Assembly: GCA_965277715.1 (NCBI GenBank)
Contig: OZ255836.1
Span: 1,952,001-2,016,000, forward strand
Direction: 5' to 3'
Source of the DNA: Gammaproteobacteria bacterium
GTDB taxonomy: Bacteria; Pseudomonadota; Gammaproteobacteria; JBCCGL01
Length of the DNA stretch: 64,000 nt
Shown here: positions 21,701 to 32,134 of the stretch, piece by piece
How the letters are laid out: every line of letters begins with the position of its first letter
Numbering within the stretch: position 1 is the first letter of the stretch
Program-made: the position numbers and the translations under genes
The notes under the pieces: generated by a model
Database searches by the model: none
What the model saw: only the letters and a program-made list of their open reading frames with translations
What the model was told of the DNA's origin: nothing

Positions 21701-24700
21701 TGACTGGCGCACCCGCAGCCAATGCCACATCATTGATAAGCACACTACGCTCAGCAGCCGGGTTGGTGGCTGTGGCGATTAGCTGCACACTGCTGACAGA
21801 AGCGAGCACACTGGCAGAATAGGCCAATACATCGCTGGCAAAAACAGGGGTGAGCGTAACGCCATCGATAGCCAGTGCGCTCAGCGTGGCATCGGCTAAA
21901 GCCGGGTCGACCACTGTGCTGGATTGGTTGGAGATATGCAGAGCATAATTGTCCCCCGAGCGGATGCCAGAATCGGTAAAGCGACTGACTTTGACGGTGT
22001 AAGTCCCCGTTTGAGAAAAATCGTGCACCAGAAACGCATCAAACAGGTGCGTGCTTCCCCCCTGTCCGTTGCTGATAGCGGCATCATCGTTACTGGCAAC
22101 CAGGTTGCCAGCGGTATCGTAAACCCGTAAATAGGTATTGATGTGCCCACTGCCACCGGCACCATTATCGATATCAAAGATACTGCGGGAGGGTACGCTG
22201 TCGACACTAAAACTGAAGTAGTCATAACTGCCATCCCCCGTGCCGGCAATACTGACATGCGGTATCGAGGTGGAGGTATTGCTGGTTTGATCACCGATAT
22301 TGCCGGAATAACTGCGCGTAAACAGGCCATCGATGTCTTGCGCCTGTTCCAGGCTGTCGTTTGGCTCAACTTCGATAATAGAACGTATATTGGGATCGGC
22401 GCTATTCTGGTATTCCTGTACATTGCTTACGCCATCATTATCGGGGTCTGCGGCACTGTCATCGAGCAGCGGATTGAGCCTGTGCAACACTTCCCAACCA
22501 TCGGGCATTGCATCGCTATCGGTATCGGCCAGCAGTGGGTTGGTCGCATGGGTGTTGACCTCAACCCCATCGCTTAGCGTATCCGCATCGGTATCGGCCA
22601 CCATTGGGTTTGTCGAATGGCTATCCACTTCCGCCGCATCCAGCAGGCCATCGGCATCGGAGTCACTGTTATTGGCCAGTGTGCCCAGTTGTAACTCGCG
22701 CAGGTTACTCAACCGATCGAGGTCGGCATCGTCCGTAGCGTCGTCAACTGCGGGATTTAAACCAAAATAACGCTCCCAGTCGTCAGGCAGGCCATCACTA
22801 TCCTGGTCGACAATAGCGCAGAGCGTGCCTGTGCCTCTCTGGGTGGCGATGCTGTTGAGCCAATTGGAAAATAATGGCGTATCGGGTGTGCAGACAGATG
22901 TGCTGTGAAAATGCAGCGTCTCAAGCGATTCAAGCCGCATCAGGCTGTAGGGGAGCGCCCCCGTCAATTGGTTAGCGCCTAGGTAGATCGCCGTTAAATC
23001 GACCAGTGCCCCCAGCTCAGTGGGAATACCGCCGCTAAGCTGGTTAGACCCAAGATTGAGTAAACGCAGGTGGTTGAGGTTTTGCAAGGCAGTGGGAATG
23101 CCACCGCTCAGTTGGTTATTAAACAAATTCAGGCCGGTGACATGGCCCGCTTCACACGCCACTAAATCCCAACTACATGGCGTGTCGCTGACCAGCCAAT
23201 TATCGTTGGACGCCCAGTGCTCGCCATCGGCCTGTCGGTATAGCGCTACCAGTGCCTGACACTCTGCCAACGGGATTTCTGTCACGCTATTGAGCTGGCA
23301 AAAACCAAGCGGTGCCGATTCGCTATCATTAGGATCAGAATTGCCTTGGTACTCTTCGCGGTTGGAGTAGCCATCGTTGTCGCTATCGACACTGGCATCG
23401 GCTGCACTCAGCGGGTCGAGGTTGTGTTCTATTTCCCAGACATCACTCATGCCGTCGTTATCGTCATCCAGATCACAGGCATTGCCCGCACCATCCAGAT
23501 CGCTATCGATTTGATCGGGGTTGGCAATATCGGGGCAGTTATCATTTAAATCGGGGGTGCCATCTGTATCCGAATCGAGATCAATCACAACATTGTGTTG
23601 GTTGGAAATATGCAGATCGTATGTCGCCCCTTGGGTTACAGGGCTATCCGGGTAGCGGCTGACCTTCACCCGGTAGACGCCGGGTTGTGTAAACGTGTGC
23701 AGTAAAAATGAATCAAGTGGGCTGACACTGCCGCCCTGCCCGTAGTTGATCGAGGCATCGTCATTACTGGCAACCAGGTTGCCCGCCGCATCATAAACCC
23801 GTATATAGGTATCGACACTGTCGCCACCGTTGCCGAACTCGGCACCGTTATCAACATCAAAAATGGCTTGTGAAGGCGCCTGAGCCACAGTAAAACTAAA
23901 GTAATCATAGGTGTCGTCACCACTGCCTAAGATACTGACATGCGGGATCAGCGTGGAGGTATTGGTGTTGGTATCACCAATATTTTCCGAAAAACTCAAG
24001 CTGAATAGGCCATCAATATTTTGTGCCTGGTCAAGGCTGTTATTGGGCTCGGTATCACGGGTTATCGGTATGCGCGGGTTAGAGCCATCCTGGTACTCCT
24101 GCAAATTGCTCAGGCCGTCACTGTCCAGGTCGCCAGCACTGTCATCGAGTAAGGGGTCGAGTTGATACGTGACTTCCCAACCATCCGCCATACCATCACT
24201 GTCGGTATCATTTGACAGGGGGTTAGTTGCGTGCGTATTGACTTCATCGCCATCGTTCAGAGCATCGCTATCGGTATCGACCTGGGCGGGGTTGGTGTTG
24301 TGGGTATTTACCTCCGCGCCATCCGTCAGGCCATCGCTGTCTGAATCACTGTTATTTGGCTGTGTACCCCGTTGGAATTCCTGCAGGTTGCTCAGGCCAT
24401 CCCGATCGGCATCGAGATCGCCCTCACCATTGTTGGCGATCGCATCAAAACCAAAATCTACCTCATATCCATCGCTCATGCCGTCATTATCGGTATCGGC
24501 ATTCAGTGGGTTGGTCTGGTGTGTATTGACTTCAGCACCATCGTTCAAACCATCGGCATCTGTGTCGGCGTTTAGCGGGTTGGTGGTGTGCGTGTTAATT
24601 TCAGCACCATCATTCAAGCCATCGCTGTCACTGTCGGCCTGGGTGGGGTTGGTGCCATGCGTGTTAACTTCAGCGCCATCGTTCAACCCATCGATATCCG

Positions 24701-26630
24701 TATCGGGGTTATTCGGCAGCGTATTCTGCAGGTACTCGTTGTAGTTGCCCAGGCCATCATTATCGGGATCACCGGTTGCATCACTGGCGTCATCCGGGTC
24801 CAGGCCATATTGAATTTCCCAGCTATCGGGGATTCCATCACCGTCCTGGTCAACCACCGGCAGCGAGCCGCAATCGACACCCACTGTTTTAAACACATTG
24901 TCCACTTGTACCACGTTATAGCGCAAGTCATTGGCGGCGTTCAGTACACCACAGGCGCCGGTGTTATACGTGGTATCAGACACCCAATAATGCCTATTGG
25001 CATGAGCAAATACTTCAAAGGACCTGCGCACCCCCCAGCCATCGGTATTGGCCAGTAGATAAAACGCACGATTGTAGACACCGCTGCTGTAATGGACATC
25101 AATACCGGCATAGTAATCACTGGCATGGCCGATCGACTGCCCATCCTGGGTGGGGTCTTGAAAGTACCGCAGTGCGCCCTGTGTGCGCGTGATGTCAGCC
25201 CCAACCATCCAGTCAGCACTGCCTTTCCAGTAAAACTCGGCGGCTTCCCCGGCAATATCGGAGAATGCCTCATTAATCCCGCCCGATTGGTCCCGGTAAA
25301 TCAAATTGGAGTTTTGCTCAGTAAAACCGTGCGCTACTTCGTGAGCCGACACGTTGACATCCACCAATGGGTAAAAGGTGGTATTACCATCACCAAATGT
25401 CATCTCGCTGCCATTCCAGAAGGCATTTTCATAATTTGTCCCGTAATGCACCCGCATCACCAACTGAAACGACAAAGGGGATACACCCACCCAGTCGTTA
25501 AACATATCGAAGGTGAGTTTGCCAAAGAAGTGCGCATCGTTCAGTGGTGAGAATGCGCCATTGATTTCCTTGGCGGTATTTTCCGGGCAGGTGAATGTAT
25601 GGATACTGCCACCGGCGGTCCCGTGATTCAGATTGATGGTGCGCACATTGTCATTTTCCATTGTGCACTGGTTGCCTTCCTGGCCGACATCCATCGGGGA
25701 GTAGTCACTGCCGTAGTCGTATCGTCCGGTTTTCTGATTACCCCCCGGGCCGGTGGCGTCGGCAAACGCGAGGCCCTCCCACTGTTTAATGATGACACCA
25801 TTTAACGCGTTAATAATAAAGAACGGGCGCGCCGCAAAACCACCCGCTTTGTCAGCGAAATAGCTCACCACATAGGCTTTAACCACCTGCTCTGAATCCG
25901 CGTAGATAACCGTTTCAATGCGCTCGTGCTGAATAGCCCAGCCACTCTCGTGCTGTTGGCTGCCCTGTGCTATTTGCAGTGCTGTCTGTGCGGGCAAACC
26001 CTCTTCCCGATTACTCAGGGCTGCACTGAGTTTTATACCATCCAACCCGGTGAGCAGATTGCCATTGGCGCGGGTAAATAACCCCTGGCGATTCCGGTGA
26101 ACCACCAGCTCCCCGCCCCACACCGGGATTGATTGAAAAAGCTGGCGGTAGCGGATGTGCTGGTTTTCGTTTTTATCCCGGTTATTTGAGACCAGGGCCA
26201 ATTGATGCGCATCCCCCAGGCCTAAAAAAGTGAGTATATCCTGTGTGCTGATATCGCCATTGCCACCCACCTGACGGCGGACACTCAACCAATCAATACG
26301 GCTCACGTCGGTAAAAAGACCTGCCGTTGCCGATCCACCACCTGAGCCGGTTGATGTGGTTGCAGATGAACGGGGGGTGGCCTGCTGCCGGTTTCCCGTC
26401 GTGTTCTGGCTCTGGCCACCAAGCATGGATGTATTGGGCAGGTATTTTTGACTCTCCGCCTCATTGGACGCCGTGTCGCTATAAGCCGGTTGTACTGCGG
26501 CGGTGTCTGAATGTGTATCTGCAGTGGTTGCAGTTTGCCGATCGTACAGAAACAGCAGCGCTGCCAGACAAACCAGTAAAAAAACAGCAAAAATAACGTG
26601 TTTTGAATACAGTTTATTAAAGATTTTCAT
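18786..26630 (-). CDS. Giant modular M4 (elastase/vibriolysin-like) metalloprotease with Ca-binding repeats, PPC-like domains, LRRs and HYR/Ig-like domains
   Basis: N-terminal hydrophobic helix, FTP/PepSY-like propeptide, NAFWNG, HEVAH (25329-25343), [16 protein letters not shown], many DxDxDGLxD repeats, NQLSGGIP repeats. Start at ATG 26630 (track uses TTG 26657). Confidence 0.9.
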   Translation of the reverse strand: MKIFNKLYSKHVIFAVFLLVCLAALLFLYDRQTATTADTHSDTAAVQPAYSDTASNEAESQKYLPNTSMLGGQSQNTTGNRQQATPRSSATTSTGSGGGSATAGLFTDVSRIDWLSVRRQVGGNGDISTQDILTFLGLGDAHQLALVSNNRDKNENQHIRYRQLFQSIPVWGGELVVHRNRQGLFTRANGNLLTGLDGIKLSAALSNREEGLPAQTALQIAQGSQQHESGWAIQHERIETVIYADSEQVVKAYVVSYFADKAGGFAARPFFIINALNGVIIKQWEGLAFADATGPGGNQKTGRYDYGSDYSPMDVGQEGNQCTMENDNVRTINLNHGTAGGSIHTFTCPENTAKEINGAFSPLNDAHFFGKLTFDMFNDWVGVSPLSFQLVMRVHYGTNYENAFWNGSEMTFGDGNTTFYPLVDVNVSAHEVAHGFTEQNSNLIYRDQSGGINEAFSDIAGEAAEFYWKGSADWMVGADITRTQGALRYFQDPTQDGQSIGHASDYYAGIDVHYSSGVYNRAFYLLANTDGWGVRRSFEVFAHANRHYWVSDTTYNTGACGVLNAANDLRYNVVQVDNVFKTVGVDCGSLPVVDQDGDGIPDSWEIQYGLDPDDASDATGDPDNDGLGNYNEYLQNTLPNNPDTDIDGLNDGAEVNTHGTNPTQADSDSDGLNDGAEINTHTTNPLNADTDADGLNDGAEVNTHQTNPLNADTDNDGMSDGYEVDFGFDAIANNGEGDLDADRDGLSNLQEFQRGTQPNNSDSDSDGLTDGAEVNTHNTNPAQVDTDSDALNDGDEVNTHATNPLSNDTDSDGMADGWEVTYQLDPLLDDSAGDLDSDGLSNLQEYQDGSNPRIPITRDTEPNNSLDQAQNIDGLFSLSFSENIGDTNTNTSTLIPHVSILGSGDDTYDYFSFTVAQAPSQAIFDVDNGAEFGNGGDSVDTYIRVYDAAGNLVASNDDASINYGQGGSVSPLDSFLLHTFTQPGVYRVKVSRYPDSPVTQGATYDLHISNQHNVVIDLDSDTDGTPDLNDNCPDIANPDQIDSDLDGAGNACDLDDDNDGMSDVWEIEHNLDPLSAADASVDSDNDGYSNREEYQGNSDPNDSESAPLGFCQLNSVTEIPLAECQALVALYRQADGEHWASNDNWLVSDTPCSWDLVACEAGHVTGLNLFNNQLSGGIPTALQNLNHLRLLNLGSNQLSGGIPTELGALVDLTAIYLGANQLTGALPYSLMRLESLETLHFHSTSVCTPDTPLFSNWLNSIATQRGTGTLCAIVDQDSDGLPDDWERYFGLNPAVDDATDDADLDRLSNLRELQLGTLANNSDSDADGLLDAAEVDSHSTNPMVADTDADTLSDGVEVNTHATNPLLADTDSDAMPDGWEVLHRLNPLLDDSAADPDNDGVSNVQEYQNSADPNIRSIIEVEPNDSLEQAQDIDGLFTRSYSGNIGDQTSNTSTSIPHVSIAGTGDGSYDYFSFSVDSVPSRSIFDIDNGAGGSGHINTYLRVYDTAGNLVASNDDAAISNGQGGSTHLFDAFLVHDFSQTGTYTVKVSRFTDSGIRSGDNYALHISNQSSTVVDPALADATLSALAIDGVTLTPVFASDVLAYSASVLASVSSVQLIATATNPAAERSVLINDVALAAGAPVNLQAGQNTLQVIVTAVNATTRQTYTIGINRALVPAVSIVGTTIGPTNQARYSAGGSCSFNGEAVQVDIGGIAASTHCTNGAWLVSGVNLSGVPDGVVRLRAEHADGQAIGVDRVTVSVTKDTVPPVVFPPADIASVEAAGATTAIDDLGTASAEDANDGAIGTVTPSTTGPFPLGTSEIVWSASDALGNTGTATQRITVVDTLAPVVTAPAAVTLEASALQTTLNAAQLGVASAIDLVDGTVTATPAIGETYPVGSGLVTWSATDSAGNTGTATQQIALVDTLAPVLVVADDIRWEASADLNAVPLGITTATDAVEGGLIPLPSTTGPFPLGETVVVWRVTDSSGNSASANQIVTVEDTQPPSVSFAQNPINIDAKSVLTPLSMQDIGMTMRDATSLTMAMRVDGKPLANDQSGQPEPFSLLSGSHTLVLSVTDRGGNTVDEPLTVNITPRVDFAVDQVVGNGRHFDLRANLSGPAVTYPVSVPFTIDNTSTTIAPIDHNAVDGTITITEGLTGSVRFTVNNTAADRSTIEFSMGTPSNARPTGTPTHKVTVVVENVPPRINPIITQGGTRVSQLTIGGGVVRVEANADDPNAGQTLSYDWSASSSALIFAVDTTQPSLTFDPAALSAGNYNVSVRVSDGVATTTVVRMLRIIAGDTAVADADGDGIADSNDNPGLPPEVLQSNIASGGNQIMVAESGIALRLGDLALQQGAAAALMFTQLPTEAQTNVGDFNTAAALFDYEAGNLPEVGASIRLVLPLDAPTPAGARLRKYDAVNGWRAFTLDANNRLFTAVSSDPQGVCPVVNDAQYQEIPSTGLLPVGHWCLQLQIQDGGTNDADGLANGIIVDPVTVQTAITSNLTVATSSAGTGVSVASRGDSNVAVLVFTLVADSGNLVIDALTLQADGSGDDAVEVASVKLYTDNNADGSVLGETLLGSGKYNNDNGSLHLTLNAPHAIGTTPSQYIITYDFAD

Positions 26631-27085
26631 AAACAACTGTTTCCACTCCGCACTCAATAAAACAGCACCAACGGTGTACTACATCATTGTCGATAGCGTT
26701 TAGCCTCTAAGTCAGTAAACAAACGGCTGGTGTGATAAGTGACGGCTGGCGTCGCCGTGTATTGATATAACAGTTAGAAGAAAGCACTGTGGTTATAGCG
26801 ACCACTGTCGCCCGTCCTTTAATAATTTTTTGACCTGTTTTTGTTGACTTGAATGTGATTGCACCGTTTCATAGTGGTTATTGAAATTACGGTTAGTGAT
26901 TAATGTCCATATTCAGTCGTTTGCACATCACTGTTAAGGCATTGCTGTTAAGTCTGATTGTATGGCAGATACCCGCCGGTATCGCCGATACGTCCACCGC
27001 CCCCGCTCCCTACGCGGCTACCCCTGAGCAGATAACTGACGCGAATTGAGCACCCATCACCCCCAACCACTTTGTGAAACCCGCT

Positions 27086-27856
27086 ATGACCGACCAAACC
27101 GTTATTCGATTTGAACCCCATGGGCCAGCCGATACCGGTATGCCTGAATGGGAAACAATTCCACAGGATATTCTGATCTCCAACAGCCCGGTGCAATCGG
27201 GTCACGAATACTTTAACCGGGCCGATGGCACATCCGCCGGTGTTTGGGACTGCACGGCCGTCGAGTACAAATTTGCCCCTTACGATGTCAATGAATTTAT
27301 GCTGGTTCTGGAAGGTTCTATCGATATTATCGATAAACAGGGCCATGTCGAAACGTTTTCTGCCGGTGATGCGTTTATTCTCCCCAAGGGTACACCCTGC
27401 ACCTGGAGGCAGACCGGCTATGTTAGAAAATATTATGTGATCTTTGATACACCCCGTATAGAAACGCAATCCACCGCTATCGATTTAAAACCGATACGGG
27501 TGGACCTGTCTGCCCCTCTGCCTGCTGTTGGGCAGCAGGATGCATCACAGTACCTTAGCGATGTGCCAGAAATGCACTTACTGTCTTTATTCAAAGACAA
27601 CACCGCACAGTTTGAAGTGGGCGTTTGGGATTGCACACCGATGCAGCGGATGCCCGCGACGATTGCGCGTAGCGAATTAATGCATATCCTCGAAGGCAAA
27701 GGCAGTATTACCAACGCCGATGGCGTGGCATTTGCCTTTGAAGCGGGCGACACTTTTTTGGTGCCTATCGGTATGGGATATCAGTGGCACAATACAGCCT
27801 ACGTAAAAAAGATATTTTGTAGTATCACACCTTCAGACCGTAACACAGGCCAATAA
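27086..27856 (+). CDS. Tandem cupin (DUF861/EutQ-like) protein
   Basis: Two repeats of GVWDCT...E(F/L)M..LEG...F.AGD.F..P.G...W....VxK. Confidence 0.85.
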   Translation: MTDQTVIRFEPHGPADTGMPEWETIPQDILISNSPVQSGHEYFNRADGTSAGVWDCTAVEYKFAPYDVNEFMLVLEGSIDIIDKQGHVETFSAGDAFILPKGTPCTWRQTGYVRKYYVIFDTPRIETQSTAIDLKPIRVDLSAPLPAVGQQDASQYLSDVPEMHLLSLFKDNTAQFEVGVWDCTPMQRMPATIARSELMHILEGKGSITNADGVAFAFEAGDTFLVPIGMGYQWHNTAYVKKIFCSITPSDRNTGQ

Positions 27857-28070
27857 CCCCGGTGTGCGCCACACAAACCGAACAAATTAACCCGACGGCT
27901 GTCAACATTAGCGCAATACTTGACGCAAATCCAAGCGCAGTGACAAATTTCATAGCCATTATTAAAGTCAGCTATAGTTACAGTACTGTTGTGAACCGTA
28001 GCAACTCGACCTGAAAGCTAAAAGCTGATCCGTAAACGGTAAAGTCCACCCGGAAAATCAAGGTATAAAA

Positions 28071-30728
28071 ATGCCAGACCAAAACGATATTGATGCACAG
28101 GAAACACAAGAATGGCTCGACGCCCTGGAAGCGGTTGTCGAAACCGACGGTGTTGAAAGAGCACATTTTTTACTCGAAAAACTGGTTAAAAAATCGCGCC
28201 GCTCAGGGGCCAATCTCCCCTACCGGGCAGACACGTCTTATATCAATACCATCCCGCCACACCGGGAAGTGCGTAGCCCCGGCGACCACGCACTGGAACA
28301 CCGCATTCGCTCACTGATTCGCTGGAACGCCACGGCAATGGTGCTGCGGGCCAATAAAGCCAGCTCAGAGCTGGGCGGGCATATCGCCAGTTTCGCCTCC
28401 TCCGCAACGTTATACGATGTTGGCTTCAACCATTTTTTTCATGCACCCACCACCGATCACGGCGGTGATTTACTGTTTGTTCAGGGCCATGTTGCCCCCG
28501 GTATCTACGCCCGCGCCTTTCTCGAAGGTCGGCTTAGCGAAGAACAGCTCGACAAATTTCGCCAGGAGGCCGACGGCAGCGGCCTATCCTCTTACCCACA
28601 CCCCTGGTTAATGCCGGACTTTTGGCAATTTCCCACGGTATCGATGGGGCTAGGCCCGCTGATGGCGATCTACCAGGCGCGCTTTATGAAATACCTGCAC
28701 GACCGCAGGCTGGCCAATACTGAAAACCGCAAGGTATGGGCCTTTATCGGCGACGGCGAAACCGATGAGCCGGAATCGCTGGGCGCTATTTCACTCGCCG
28801 GGCGCGAAAACCTCGACAATCTGGTCTTCGTCGTCAACTGTAACCTGCAACGCCTCGATGGCCCGGTGCGCGGCAACGGCAAAATTATTCAGGAGCTGGA
28901 AGGGGTTTTTCGCGGTGCAGGCTGGAACGTGATAAAGGTGGTGTGGGGAGCTTACTGGGACCCATTACTGGCCAAAGACAAAGACGGCATGTTGCAAAAA
29001 CTGATGAACGAGACCGTCGACGGCGAATACCAGAACTTCAAAGCCAAAGACGGCGCCTACACCCGCGAGCATTTTTTCGGCAAATACGCCAAAACCCGGG
29101 AAATGGTCGCCACCCTTACCGACCATGATATCTGGCGCCTGAACCGCGGTGGTCACGACCCTCACAAGGTGTACGCCGCCTACCACGAGGCCGTCAACCA
29201 CCGGGGCCAGCCGACCGTCATTCTCGCCAAAACCGTTAAGGGCTACGGCATGGGTGAAGCGGGCGAAGGGCAGAACAAAACCCACTCGCAAAAGAAGATG
29301 GATGTACACTCACTAAAAGCCATGCGCGACCGCTTTCACCTGCCCGTCACCGACGCTCAGGTAGAAAATGCCGAGTACGTGACCCTGCCGCAGGACAGCC
29401 CGGAAATTCAGTATATGAAAGCGCGCCGTGAGGCGCTCGGCGGTTCACTCCCCCAGCGCAAAAACTTCGCTGCACCGCTGCAAGTCCCGCCACTCTCAGC
29501 CTTCAAAGCCCTGCTGGAATCCAGCGGCGACAAAGAGAGCTCCACCACGATGGCGTTTGTGCGCATCCTCACCCTGCTGTGCCGGGATAAAAATGTCGGC
29601 AAAAACATCGTCCCCATTGTGCCCGATGAAGCGCGCACCTTTGGCATGGAAGGCATGTTTCGACAGCTCGGCATCTACTCCTCGCAAGGCCAGAAATACG
29701 AGCCACAGGATAAAGACCAGATTATGTTTTACAAGGAAGACAAAACCGGCCAGATTCTTGAAGAGGGTATCAACGAAGCGGGGGCCATGTCATCCTGGAT
29801 AGCCGCCGCGAGTGCCTACAGCACACACGGCATCAACATGATCCCGTTTTATATTTACTACTCGATGTTTGGCTTTCAGCGCATTGGTGATCTCGCCTGG
29901 GCCGCCGGTGATATGCAGGCACGCGGCTTTCTGATCGGCGCCACAGCGGGGCGCACCACCCTGGCCGGTGAAGGCCTGCAACACCAGGACGGCCACAGCC
30001 TGCTACAGGCGGCAACAATCCCCAACTGCATCGCCTACGATCCCTGCTTTGCCTACGAACTCACCGTGATTATCCACCACGGTATGAAACGCATGGTGCA
30101 GGACCAGGACAATGTGTTCTTCTACATCACCACAATGAACGAAAACTACCCCCACCCCGCCATGCCAAAAGGGGTGGAAGCGAGCATCATCAAAGGCATG
30201 TACCGCTTTGCAGGCAGTAAAAGCAAGGTCAAAAACCGCGTGCAACTGATCGGCTCGGGCACTATTTTTCGCGAAGTCATCGCCGCTGCAGAGCTGTTAA
30301 AAACAGACTGGAAAGTCGCCGCCGATATTTGGAGCGCGCCCGGTATCAACGAGCTGCGCCGCGAAGGCCTGGACTGCGAACGCTGGAATACCCTGCACCC
30401 GGATCAACCGGCGCGCACGCCGTATGTCACACAGTTATTGAAAGACAGCAATGGCCCGGTCATCGCCGCAACCGACTATATGCGCAACTATGCGGATCAA
30501 ATTCGCCAGTTCATCCCCGGCGATTACTATGTGCTGGGCACCGATGGTTATGGCCGCTCTGACACGCGCAAAAACCTGCGCCGGTTTTTTGAGGTAGACC
30601 GCTACTACATTGTCGTCACCGCCCTCAAGGCACTCGCTGATCAGGGCACAATCGACGCTGCCGTGGTGCGACAGGCGATTGTTCAATACGGCATCGATAC
30701 CGATAAACCCAACCCCACAGTAGTATAG
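28071..30728 (+). CDS. aceE: Pyruvate dehydrogenase E1 (homodimeric type)
   Basis: SSYPHPWLMPDFWQFPTVSMGLGP, GDGE, NLQRLDGPVRGNGK. Confidence 0.98.
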   Translation: MPDQNDIDAQETQEWLDALEAVVETDGVERAHFLLEKLVKKSRRSGANLPYRADTSYINTIPPHREVRSPGDHALEHRIRSLIRWNATAMVLRANKASSELGGHIASFASSATLYDVGFNHFFHAPTTDHGGDLLFVQGHVAPGIYARAFLEGRLSEEQLDKFRQEADGSGLSSYPHPWLMPDFWQFPTVSMGLGPLMAIYQARFMKYLHDRRLANTENRKVWAFIGDGETDEPESLGAISLAGRENLDNLVFVVNCNLQRLDGPVRGNGKIIQELEGVFRGAGWNVIKVVWGAYWDPLLAKDKDGMLQKLMNETVDGEYQNFKAKDGAYTREHFFGKYAKTREMVATLTDHDIWRLNRGGHDPHKVYAAYHEAVNHRGQPTVILAKTVKGYGMGEAGEGQNKTHSQKKMDVHSLKAMRDRFHLPVTDAQVENAEYVTLPQDSPEIQYMKARREALGGSLPQRKNFAAPLQVPPLSAFKALLESSGDKESSTTMAFVRILTLLCRDKNVGKNIVPIVPDEARTFGMEGMFRQLGIYSSQGQKYEPQDKDQIMFYKEDKTGQILEEGINEAGAMSSWIAAASAYSTHGINMIPFYIYYSMFGFQRIGDLAWAAGDMQARGFLIGATAGRTTLAGEGLQHQDGHSLLQAATIPNCIAYDPCFAYELTVIIHHGMKRMVQDQDNVFFYITTMNENYPHPAMPKGVEASIIKGMYRFAGSKSKVKNRVQLIGSGTIFREVIAAAELLKTDWKVAADIWSAPGINELRREGLDCERWNTLHPDQPARTPYVTQLLKDSNGPVIAATDYMRNYADQIRQFIPGDYYVLGTDGYGRSDTRKNLRRFFEVDRYYIVVTALKALADQGTIDAAVVRQAIVQYGIDTDKPNPTVV

Positions 30729-30740
30729 GGAGGCAATAAA

Positions 30741-32123
30741 ATGTCTAATAAAAAAGACCTCCTGGTGCCCGATATAGGCGACTTCACCGACGTTGAGGTG
30801 ATTGAAATTCTGGTGTCACCCGGTGATACGATCAATGCAGAGGACTCTCTGCTAACACTGGAAACCGACAAAGCCACAATGGAAATACCCGCCAGTGAAG
30901 GCGGCGTGGTGGTTGAACTGAAAGTGAAACTCGGTGATAAAATTTCACAGGGCACGCCTATACTGGTGTTGGAAGCAGGTGGTGAGCAGGCAACACCCCC
31001 CACCGCCGATACAGACGACAGCACAGCTCCCCATGCGACGCCAGACCCGGCACCAAACCCGGTACCAGGCCCACTAGCCGTTGACAATACACTGGCAAGC
31101 AATACCGACACACCCGCTGCAGCCAGCGTCGATACCCCACCGCCACCGCCCCCCCCTTCCTCGCCGACGGCACACCTCGGTGAAGAACACAGCCGCAAGG
31201 CCCACGCCAGCCCGGCGGTGCGCCGCTTTGCCCGCGAGCTAGGCGTGGACATTGGCCTGGTTTCAGGCACCGGACGCAAGTCACGCATTCAAAAAAGTGA
31301 CGTAAAGGAATTCGTTAAAAGCGCCCTTGCCAGTAGTGGCACCGCATATGGTGCTGGTGCCCGCAGCGGTGCTGTTCAGGGCAACATGGGTATTCCCCCC
31401 ATTCCCGAGATCGACTTCAGCAAATTCGGCCCTGTCGAACGGGTTGAAATGAGCCGCATTGGTAAACTGTCTGCGGCTAATCTGCACCGCGCCTGGCTAA
31501 ACGTACCGCATGTCACCCACCACGACGAGGCCGATATCACCGACCTGGAAGCGTTTAGAAAATCGCTCAAGGGCGAGGCGGAAAAGCGCGGTATTCGCGT
31601 TACCGGCCTGGTGTTTCATATGAAAGCCCTGGCCCACACCCTGGCGAGTTACCCCAAATTTAACAGCTCGCTGGCCGCCGATGGCGAAAGTCTGATCTAC
31701 AAAAAATACTGCCACATTGGCATCGCCGTAGACACCCCTAATGGCCTGGTAGTACCGGTGTTTAAAGATGTCGATCAGAAAAGCATCTACACCCTCTCTG
31801 AAGAATTGATGGACATTAGTGAGCGCGCACGCAAAAAGAAACTCAAACCCGATGAAATGCAGGGTGCCTGCATGACTATCTCCTCTTTGGGTGGCATCGG
31901 CGGCACCGCCTTTACACCCATTGTCAACGCCCCCGAGGCGGCGATACTCGGCATCACCCGTGCAAAAATGCAACCCGTATGGAATGGCAGTGAATTTGTG
32001 CCACGGCTGATGTGCCCGCTGGATATCTCTTACGATCACCGCGTTATCGACGGTGCCGATGCGGCGCGTTTTATGGCCCACTACTGCAATGCCATCGCCG
32101 ATGTGCGTCGCCTGTTGTTATAA
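30741..32123 (+). CDS. aceF: Dihydrolipoamide acetyltransferase E2, single lipoyl domain
   Basis: ETDKA lipoyl motif, HASPAVRR, DHRVIDG. Confidence 0.97.
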   Translation: MSNKKDLLVPDIGDFTDVEVIEILVSPGDTINAEDSLLTLETDKATMEIPASEGGVVVELKVKLGDKISQGTPILVLEAGGEQATPPTADTDDSTAPHATPDPAPNPVPGPLAVDNTLASNTDTPAAASVDTPPPPPPPSSPTAHLGEEHSRKAHASPAVRRFARELGVDIGLVSGTGRKSRIQKSDVKEFVKSALASSGTAYGAGARSGAVQGNMGIPPIPEIDFSKFGPVERVEMSRIGKLSAANLHRAWLNVPHVTHHDEADITDLEAFRKSLKGEAEKRGIRVTGLVFHMKALAHTLASYPKFNSSLAADGESLIYKKYCHIGIAVDTPNGLVVPVFKDVDQKSIYTLSEELMDISERARKKKLKPDEMQGACMTISSLGGIGGTAFTPIVNAPEAAILGITRAKMQPVWNGSEFVPRLMCPLDISYDHRVIDGADAARFMAHYCNAIADVRRLLL

Positions 32124-32134
32124 GGAACGGTAAA

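Noticed and set aside
22390-24850. Periodic DNA repeats considered as a CRISPR array
   Set aside because: They are degenerate, in-frame 72-bp coding repeats of the protease, with no identical repeat-spacer pattern and no cas genes.
26658-27085. Long intergenic region examined for a c-di-GMP or other riboswitch
   Set aside because: No recognisable aptamer consensus was seen by eye; a covariance-model search would be needed.
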